Position numbers and translations under genes: made by a program. The notes under the pieces were generated by a model, which saw only the letters and a list, made by a program, of their open reading frames with translations, was not told the DNA's origin and did not search any database. This document shows, piece by piece, positions 55,060-64,000 of a DNA stretch of 64,000 nt. How positions within the stretch are numbered: position 1 is the first letter of the stretch; each line of letters starts with the position of its first letter. The DNA comes from Batkoa obscura (taxonomy: Eukaryota): contig JASVEC010000014.1 of NCBI GenBank assembly GCA_030770535.1, positions 434,001 to 498,000 on the forward strand, given 5' to 3'.

Positions 55060-55503
55060 TCTATTTTTATTCATTTTTAATTAGAACAATTAAAAATAAG
55101 AGAAGGTCATAATAGTAATAAAAGTTGAAAAAATAAACTATTAACAATAAATTGTATAGTATATTTATTTATAACAATATCAAACTAGAGTTTTGCAAAT
55201 TTCTCAACTCAATTAAAATAATTATTACTAAATTTTAATTTTAAAAAAGGAAAGGAAAATTAAGTTTTGAAACATTAATCGAAGATCGAAAATTTAATAA
55301 AAGGCCCAAATTAGAAAAAGTGATAAAAACAAAACGGTCTATTTACAAAATAATAGTCGATCAATTGTAATAAAATTCAATAAAAAAACTCATTCACTTT
55401 AACATACTATCAAAAATAATAAACATTATTATTATTCATTTTATTAAATTTCTATTTACTTTCTTTTACTATTGTTTTTCTTTTTTTTACTTGAATATTA
55501 TTA

Positions 55504-57015
55504 ATGAGTCTCAAAAAACCTAAATCCGAATCTCCGCCACCTATGGGCAGTTTATTATTAAAACTAGTGTTAAAGAAACCAACTTATTGTTTAGTTGTTA
55601 TAGCTGCTTTTTTATCTTTATTAAAAGGTTATTTTTTTATGGTCAATTACAAGCCCCCAGATCGTGGATTAGTTTATTCCAAATTAAAAATGCAATCAAT
55701 TCAAATTAAAGAAAGCGGTAAGTAAAATAGCTTTATAGAATATTATTATAGCTATTGTATAAAATGGTTTATTAATAATTATTATTTCTGTTAGGTAGTA
55801 ATTCAATAATATATATTGGTTCAACGCCAAAACCGATTCCGAGGAATTTTGAAGTATTAGTTAAGGTAAAAACATATACTAATCATTTATTAGTAATATT
55901 AATATTATATTAGGTTAAAGCGTTTGGTATTAATAGATTAGATTTATTACAAAGGGAAGGTAAATTTCGACAAAGTAATATTGGCAGTAATATTATGGGG
56001 ATTGAGGTTGCTGGTACAGTAACAGAAGTAGGCGAAGATGGTAATAATAATATATATATACAACAAATAAATAAAATATTAATATTAATATTAATATTAA
56101 TTCTTATTTTATTTTAGTAAAAAACATCAAAATTGGAGATAGAGTCTGTGGTTTAGTCTATGGGGGAGGGTATTCCGAAGTAAGTATTATCCCAATTTCT
56201 TTATTTAATATTTAATATTTAATATTTAATTCTTTTATTTATTTATCTTTATTATTATAGTATGCAGTTATCCATAGCAAATTAACATTTAAATTACCTA
56301 ATAGTTTATCGTTTGAACAAGGGGCTGCTATACCCGAAGTAATTATTATTTCTAATTTGTATTTTATAATATTAATTATTTTACTATTATTTATTAGTCG
56401 TATTTAAGTAGTTATTATATATTAAAAAAAATTGGTCAAATAGCTCCTGGAAAAAACATATTAATCAATGGAGTGGGAGATGGAATGGAAGATTCCATAA
56501 TTCAATTATCTAAATATTATAAAAGTAATAAGATTATAATAGTTTGTAATAGTTATGATAAGATCAAACATTATGAAAAGATGGGAGCATCAAAAGGAAT
56601 TAATTATGAAAAAGAAAGTAATTTATTAGATAAGATACAAAAGAGCGGAATTAAAGGGATTGATTTAATAGTTGATAATTTGGGGACCAATTTGTTTTAT
56701 GAAAATTTAAAAACATTAAGCAAAAATGGAATTTATGTTTTATTAAATAGCAATCTATCTGAAGATATTCAATTAGATTTAAACTATTTATTAAAAAATA
56801 GTTTAAGTTTAATTTCATTTCAATTATTTAATAATGAATCTGATAAATTATTTTTATTAGCTGAAGAATTTAAAAAAGAAATATTACCTAATTTAGATAA
56901 TAAATTAATTAAAATTCATATTGACAAAGCATTTAATTGGATTGAAATGGAAGATGCTCATCAATATTTATCTTCAAATTCAAATTTAGGTAAAGTTATT
57001 GGTGTTATTGACTAA
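55504..57015 (+). CDS. Divergent PIG3-family quinone oxidoreductase-like protein with an N-terminal hydrophobic segment; 6 exons
   Basis: Spliced peptide has EVLVK|VKAFGINRLDLLQREGKF, GIEVAG, GGGYSE|YAV, GAAIPE and AHQYLSSNSNLGKVI. The N-terminus carries CLVVIAAFLSLLKGYFFMV. Confidence 0.88.
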
Positions 57016-57288
57016 TAACTTATATTATATAATATACTACTCTCTATATTCTACTCTTTACTTTCTTTATTCAATATTCTCTCTATTAATTTAAATAAAA
57101 CTTTAATAATTTTAAAAAAAATCACCTTTATTATTCAATATTTAATTAAATTAAATCACACTTTAATCCTTCTCCTGGAATATATTAATAAATTCAATCT
57201 TACTATCATGAACATACTGACTATTAATTTAATTACATAAAAATAAAATCTCATCACTTTATTTCTTTTGTTTTAATTTTATTTTCAT

Positions 57289-59833
57289 TTAAAAAAACTT
57301 TTTTGATGTAAATAAATTATTATTAAATTGTATTTTTGAAAAAATAGAAGGTTCCATTGAATCTTGATAATCTAATTCATTTTCTTTAGTCCTAATTGAT
57401 TCTAATACTTCTCTTCTTTGTGACCAGTCTAAATCAACTCGATGTTGAATAATATCTTCAATTAAATTTAATGGCATATCAAAATATTGTTTTCTTAAGG
57501 GATAAAATTCTAAAAATATCATTTTACTTGGTGATGAAGCTAAATTTTGTAATCTTATTAATGGGTCAAATTGTACAGAAGTATATTTGTTATCTAAATA
57601 TTTGTTAAAAAATTCTTGTAACCCTTTTGTTTCTTCCAACATTTTATTACTACATTGTGGTAATATGAATTTTGCTTGTTTATTTTTAAATGCCTTAATT
57701 GATTCAATCATTGTTAACTCTAATAATTTTTCCATTAATAAATTAAATAAAAATGGATTTAATTGAGTTTTAAAATCTTCACAATAATCTTCATATGTGG
57801 CAATAATACATAGTATTAAATCTTCTTCATACCAAACTTCAGTATAAATTTGACTATATAATTCCTTCAAATCATTAAATATAACTTTTAAAATAATGTC
57901 GACTCCTAAAGTAGCTAATTTAAAAAAGCCATCTGACATTTCATTGATATATGTCATTGCTCTTTCTTTATAAACATCGTGTAACATACCACTTACTTTA
58001 TTAATTAAAGGTTCTCCTCTATCTACAGATCTTAATTGATTATTAATTAAAGCAATAACATATTCTACAAATCCTTGAGAAATAGAAGATGGATCATCTA
58101 AATATTTTTCTAATTCATTACGCATTGTATCTGAACATCGTTGTTGATAAACTTGTGCCATTTTAGTACAACATTTAATAACTTCTACTAAAATACGTGC
58201 TGAATTGGCATCAGCTGCTAATTCAATTTGAGCATCATATGCTTCAAATCCAGTATCAGATGCACTTAAATAATAATTACCTTCATGATTAATATGAGGT
58301 TCTTTATCTCGAATTAAAAAATAATCTAAATCTAGTTTAATTAATGCAGATGTTTGCTCTGATAATCTATCCATAACAATCGATAAATAACCCTCAATTA
58401 ATTTAGATTGATTACCACCTAATAATGGGGGTTCTAATGAAGATTGAGAAATACCTAATTGATGAAATAATTCATCGTGATAATCTTGTATAAATCTCAT
58501 GACTTCTAATATTTCTCCACCAATTAATTTACTTATATCAGATACTAATGTTTCTAAATGATGAAACACTCTTTTGTGATATTCATTTACAAAAAAATCA
58601 AATATATTATAACTAGGCGGAAATGCAGAGAATAAAGTATCATTTAACAATTTTAAATCTTGAGGAATGGATTCTAATGTAGCAATAACATCAAATAAAT
58701 TGGTTTGATCTACATCTTGAAAATAGTTTTGAAATCTTAATTCAATGGCTTCTTTTAATGAATTTAAAAATTGATTTTTAAATCCCTTATTTTTTCTTGG
58801 ACTACCTTCCGCTAATTTCCATTTATTATTTGCTCTTTGACCTGCAAATTTTAAACTTTGAGTCTTTGCTTGTTCCACTTGTAAAGCTCTTTTATCTGCC
58901 AATTCTTCACATTCTACAATTTTAATTACATGAACAAAATGTTTTAATTCTCCATTTTCAATCCATAAATATAAATCCTTTACTACATCCCAAAGAAATC
59001 GTAAAAAATCAGAGCTAACTTGATCCACTTTTCGAAATACTTGATTTAAATCAATAGCTACTTCTTGTGAGCACTTTTTACTATAATGCATAGTAACATC
59101 TCGGAATTCCTCTACATGATATAATTCATAATGAATAACCAATAAATTGATTTTAGTTAATCCTCCAGGTATCCTTGCTCTTGCTAGTAATTGTTCAATT
59201 AAATTGATTTGTTGTTGAAATACTTGAAACCTTTTAACATAACGATGGGTAGCTACCATATTACTATGAATCCTTGATAACTTTAAAAAAAAATTAATTA
59301 AAACAATTTAATAAAAATAAAATAAGAATTATTACCTCTTTAATAGTTTCATAACCCGGAATTTTACTTTGATTTTCTTTACAAAGTATCTCCACTTTTT
59401 GAATACTTTGACGGATTTGATTGAGCCTCTCATTAGAGCCTGAAAATAATTTAAATGTTTCTTGAATATCATCAAATTGGGATTGTACATCTGTTCTCAA
59501 TTGAATCTCAACAGTAGATTTTTCTTGGATTAATTTCTTCCTTAAAAAATCAATCTTTACGTTTAAATCATCCGGATGTTTTAATAGCTCTGATAAGCGC
59601 GAAATAGCTACTTTATAAGCTTCCATATCTCTAGTTAATGGATCGTCATTACTTTGAATGCTGGAAAACTTTGTTGGACTTGGTAAATTGATGGTATTAT
59701 TAAACTTCTTTATTGAAGCTTGTCGTTGTATTGGACTTTCTATATAATCTTCACCTGTGATGGAATTATCTTTCGTTATGGTAATTGCATATGGTACCTT
59801 GATTTGTTTTTCTTCTTTATTATTGGGATCCAT
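57289..59833 (-). CDS. SEC6: Exocyst complex component Sec6 (EXOC3); 2 exons (intron 59281-59335)
   Basis: SELLKHPDDL..KIDFLRKKLIQEKSTVEIQL, NLLVIHYEL, FPPSYNIF, EYVIALINNQ, IIATYEDYCED and IIQHRVDL. Confidence 0.9.
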
Positions 59834-60025
59834 TGGCGTTGAATTAGATGAGTAAAATGGGTGGATTAAATTTGTAAGTTGAATTGGAAATAAAGTGGCT
59901 TGGAATTCAAGTTCTTTTGTTGTCAGGTGATTGAAGATAGTTAATATGACCAATGAAATCAAGAAGATTTTTGTAGTGGAACGTAATGAGATTTAATAGC
60001 TAATAATTGATTTTTTAATTAATAA

Positions 60026-62118
60026 ATGTTTGGTTTTAATGGGAAAGATAATAGCTTGTTTCAAAAGTGGAATGGTGCGGATAGAAGCTATTTAAAAAAT
60101 AGTTGTATAAATAAAAGTATATTTGATATAAAGGAAAATGGTAAGTTTTGGGAATACATAGACCTATTATTAAAATTAATTAATGTTTTTATATTAGATA
60201 CCGGTAATGAGTTTCAAAGTGATAAAGATGATATTATATTTAATAAAAAAATCCAATCGGAAAATATTGGTAATAACTCCATATTTGAAATGAATAAAAA
60301 TCATGAAATTTTGGAAGCTATGAGTAAGTTGATTTAATATTTTGTACTATTAGCTTATTTAATGTTAATTTTTTAGATAATAACTCCCAAGATTTTAATA
60401 AATATTTAGGCAACTCAAAAACAAAGTTTTTTGAACAGGATAAAGTTATAAGAGTAGAAGATAAAGGCAACGATATCGGAAATTATTCACTCAACAATGA
60501 CACAATTAATCCAAATTATAATTTATTTTCAAAATTTAAATCAAAGGGGAAAATGGGTGGAGTAAAAAATAGAAATGATTTTAATTATACAAGTAGGGAG
60601 GAAAAGGATTCGATATTCAATAAAAATATTACTGTGAGGAGTGAATATGATAGTAAGGATAGTATATTTAATCGACAAAAAGAAGATGTGAAGTTTTTAA
60701 ATAATTCAATATTCAACCATAAGAAGTTCCAAAACAGGAAGGAACCAGATGAAAATAATTTTACTACTTCTATAATAAATCAAAGTATATTTGATAATAA
60801 TGGAAATAAGGATACAACAGGATTAAGAGAATTTGAAAATAATATTAAATTAGATCAAGAAGAGAAAAATCAATATTCTGTTAACAATGTAGAGCCAACA
60901 GTTAGGTTTAGAAATTTAGAAAATAAAGATAACTTCGATACGCTTAATCTAAAACAAGATAAGAATAACGAATTGAGATTGAATGATAATTATTTCAATA
61001 GTAAAAATCAAACTAAACTTTCAATGTTTCAATTAAATAGAGATAAAAATAAAGAAAATAATAATAACTTATTTCAATATAAAAAGCAGGAAGAAAAGAA
61101 ACAAAGGAATGAAAAATATTATAAACAATATCTTCAAAGTAAACAGGAAATTAAAAAAGCAAATCAATTAATAAATAGTTTAGATATTGAATTAAATTAT
61201 ACAAAAAGTAAAGTGGAACAATTACAAGAGAAAATAAATCATGAGTTTATATCGAATAATAATAATAATAATAATAATAATAAAGATGAATTTAATAATT
61301 TAAATCAATATTTATTTAATATATCAAAATCAACCATCGTCACAGATTTAGCCACTCAACAAAACCTTCAAAAATTAGAAGAATGTATTAATATTATTAA
61401 AATGGATTACATACTAATGAAACATCAATTAAATAATTATAAAAACAATCAACAGAATATAATAAATAATGAGCTAGAAAAAGAAAATTTAATTTATATT
61501 AATAATTTACAATTGTCTGAAGAAAAAATAAAACAATTACAGTTAAAGTTAATAGAAACTCGTAAATTAGCAAAAGAAAAAGATATATATATTAATGAAT
61601 TAGAATCTTATGGAAATAAATTAAAGAATCAGTTATATGAAATTAAAGCTAAAGATCAGAATATGAATGAGTTAAATAATGATTTAAGTAAGATAAATGA
61701 ACAATTAAATCAATTAATTATTAGAAATAAAATACCAATCTCAATAATGGGTAGTTATATAGATCAACAAGAACAAATAAATAATATTGAATTAATAAAT
61801 AACAATTCAATATATTCAATAAATTATTATAACTCAATACAAGATAAACTAGAACATATTAACAACTATTTAATTATAATAAATTCCCAAAACATCAATA
61901 ATGGCATATCCAACAAGGAATTAAAACTTATAGATATTCAAAAGAAACTCAATGATAAAGAAATAGAAGTTAAAATTTATAAAAAAATGTTAAACTTTAT
62001 TAAAGAGAAATTGGACAGAAATGTAAAGCAACAAATCGTTCAAGGGATGATTACTCATGAGTTAAATCAAATTGAAGAAAAACAAAGAATCTCAAAATTG
62101 TTTAGAAAACTGAAATAA
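60026..62118 (+). CDS. Hypothetical protein: Asn-rich N-half with repeated SIF/SLF motifs and a coiled-coil C-half; likely introns 60141-60197 and 60324-60376
   Basis: The two ORFs join in frame through gtaagt...ttag introns. The C-terminus has heptad character. Confidence 0.72.
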
Positions 62119-63396
62119 ATAATATTGTATATATTAATTAATTAACTAATTTTTGATATTAAAGTTCTAATTGGCGATTGTGTTTTTATATTAATTGAGT
62201 TAAGGTCTAGTATTAAAATTTTAATTAAGTTAGTATAATGGATAACTATTTATATGTATTATAATTATGAAAGCCTAGTAAGTTGATATCAAAAGTAAAT
62301 AGATAGTATTGATATATTTTAATTAAACATTATTGTTTAAAATTTTAGAATATTTAATTTTAATAATAATAAAGTTAGATATTATAATAAAAAAATCCTT
62401 CAAACTTCTAATATTCTTTAATAATATATAGTTTAGATGATGCTTACTAAAAAGTATCTTGATAAGAAAGAAAAATGGCTATAAGGGATTAAAGGAATAT
62501 GAGATATAGATAATCACTAATATAAATCGACCTAGATTTTATATATTAAAAGTTCTTTTCTTTAACTTTAGAAATTTAAAATAGTTAAGAAAATTCTGAA
62601 CTGATTTAATTTAACTTTCTACTCAGAAAAAAAGTAAAAATAAAGAATATTACTAAATCTAACACTTGAGCTTATTTTAGTAAGGATCTTATGCGTTCCA
62701 AACTTATTCTTTACTATATTAAATTGGAATTTATCAAGGAATTTTATAAATTAATAGAAACCTTGTTCTAAAAAAATTCAATGATATTAAAATCTTATTA
62801 ATGATTTCATATGGCTATTTCATAACACGTAGCTCGGTATATTTACAAATAATTTGTTTTTTGTATAAACGTAACATAATTATATCAAAATCATATTTAA
62901 TCAAAATCAATTTTTTAATATTTACATCATCTACATTTTGGTTTCGAAAAGGCAATGATTTCAATTTGTATAGCGACGAATAGTGATGAAGAATTAAAAT
63001 AAAATGCGTTGTTCAAAGCCAATCAATGCAATATCAACAAAGTTATCCCAACAAAAATAGCATAGTAGGTCAATATGAGGAAGAAAACAATAGATTAAAG
63101 CCTAATAAATACAAGATAAAATTTATGTAAAATAAAATAAGCTATTCTTTAATTTGAAACATTCAAATAAAATATCATATCTAAATATACCCTTTTCCTT
63201 ACTAACCGATAATAAATAACCCCAATCTTCTTCAATGATATTCTGATATTACCCACTTTTTATTATATAAATGAGTTAGCTTCCAAATTTAGATAATATT
63301 CTAAAGTCCTGTTATTAAAACTATATATAAACTCAAGTTTGACTTTTCAAAGATTCTCTAGATTTTTCATTCTTTTTTAACTAATTTATAAAAAAA

Positions 63397-64000
63397 ATGT
63401 TAGACGAATACACTTGGTTGTTTGCTTTAAGTATCATTGTAGCATTTATTGATGGCTATGGTATTGGTGCTAATGATGTATCTAATTCCTTTTCCACTTC
63501 CGTAGGTTCAAAATCAATCACTTTAGGACAAGCTTGCTTTATCGCCATTTTCACAGAGTTTTTAGGTGCTTTTTTATTAGGTGCTAATACTGCTTCCACC
63601 ATCAGCGGAAGTATCATTGATATGTCTAAGTTTATAGATAATCCAGGACTTTTAATGTTAGCTATGTTCTGTGCTTTAATTGGATCTTCTACATGGACCT
63701 TGATAGCCACTAGATTAGGTTGGCCAGTATCCACTTCTCATGCTATTGTTGGTGCCACCATTGGGGTTGGTATTGCAGGCTATGGACCAAGTAATGTCAA
63801 ATGGGGATATAATGGAGTAGCTAAAATTGTTACCTCTTGGTTTGTTTCTCCAATTACTGCTGGTATCGTTGCTAGTATTATTTTTCTTATAACCAAGCAT
63901 GCTATTCTCAAACATGAAAACTCATTTGAACGTGGTTTAAAAGCTATCCCTATTTATTTTGGTCTTACTGCTGCTATCAATTTATTTTATATTTTATTTA
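63397..64000 (+). CDS. PHO89: PiT-family Na+/phosphate symporter (Pho89-like), truncated by the window end
   Basis: MLDEYTWLFA...GIGANDVSNSFSTSVGSKS (GANDV signature), EFLGAFLLG, GWPVSTSHAIVG and SWFVSP. The frame is open to the window edge. Confidence 0.92.
   Translation, partial: MLDEYTWLFALSIIVAFIDGYGIGANDVSNSFSTSVGSKSITLGQACFIAIFTEFLGAFLLGANTASTISGSIIDMSKFIDNPGLLMLAMFCALIGSSTWTLIATRLGWPVSTSHAIVGATIGVGIAGYGPSNVKWGYNGVAKIVTSWFVSPITAGIVASIIFLITKHAILKHENSFERGLKAIPIYFGLTAAINLFYILF

Noticed and set aside
28724..55500. Secondary-metabolite gene cluster around the transporters
   Set aside because: No synthase, tailoring enzyme or transcription factor gene is visible in the island.
62826..62832. 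CACGT upstream of the PHO89-like gene as a Pho4 site
   Set aside because: It reads CACGTA, not the canonical CACGTG/CACGTT, and occurs once.
63456..63915. Two minus-strand ORFs
   Set aside because: Antisense shadows of the + strand phosphate transporter, which the track omitted because it has no stop in the window.

Overview
Very AT-rich eukaryotic DNA with many short (mostly ~45-65 nt) GT-AG introns. It is most likely an early-diverging fungus. This is an inference: fungal ATP18 and MesA/Afi1 occur together with SNAPC3, which yeasts lack. Two gene-dense housekeeping blocks flank a gene-sparse ~27 kb accessory island. The left block (3.3-28.7 kb) holds DPH7, a PPR-like protein, SNAPC3, an AFG2-family AAA ATPase, a CLASP-N protein, ATP18, LSM8, CHMP7, a PIG3-type quinone reductase, MesA/Afi1, tRNA-Lys and RLI1. 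The right block (55.5-64 kb) holds a second, divergent PIG3-type paralogue, SEC6, an orphan coiled-coil protein and a PHO89-like gene. The island holds six DHA1-type MFS transporter paralogues and 15 of the ~18 copies of a ~100-bp TIR-bounded MITE that the ORF track does not show. Most notable: (i) the MITE family itself; (ii) stepwise, 3'-biased intron differences in two unrelated paralogue sets (MFS 3/1/0 introns; quinone reductase 10/5); (iii) gene-conversion mosaicism and a shared RTGAnATCAT upstream palindrome across the MFS array; (iv) a membrane-anchored quinone reductase paralogue with a degenerate NADPH motif. Gene models and alignments were made by eye, so boundaries may be off by a few bases.
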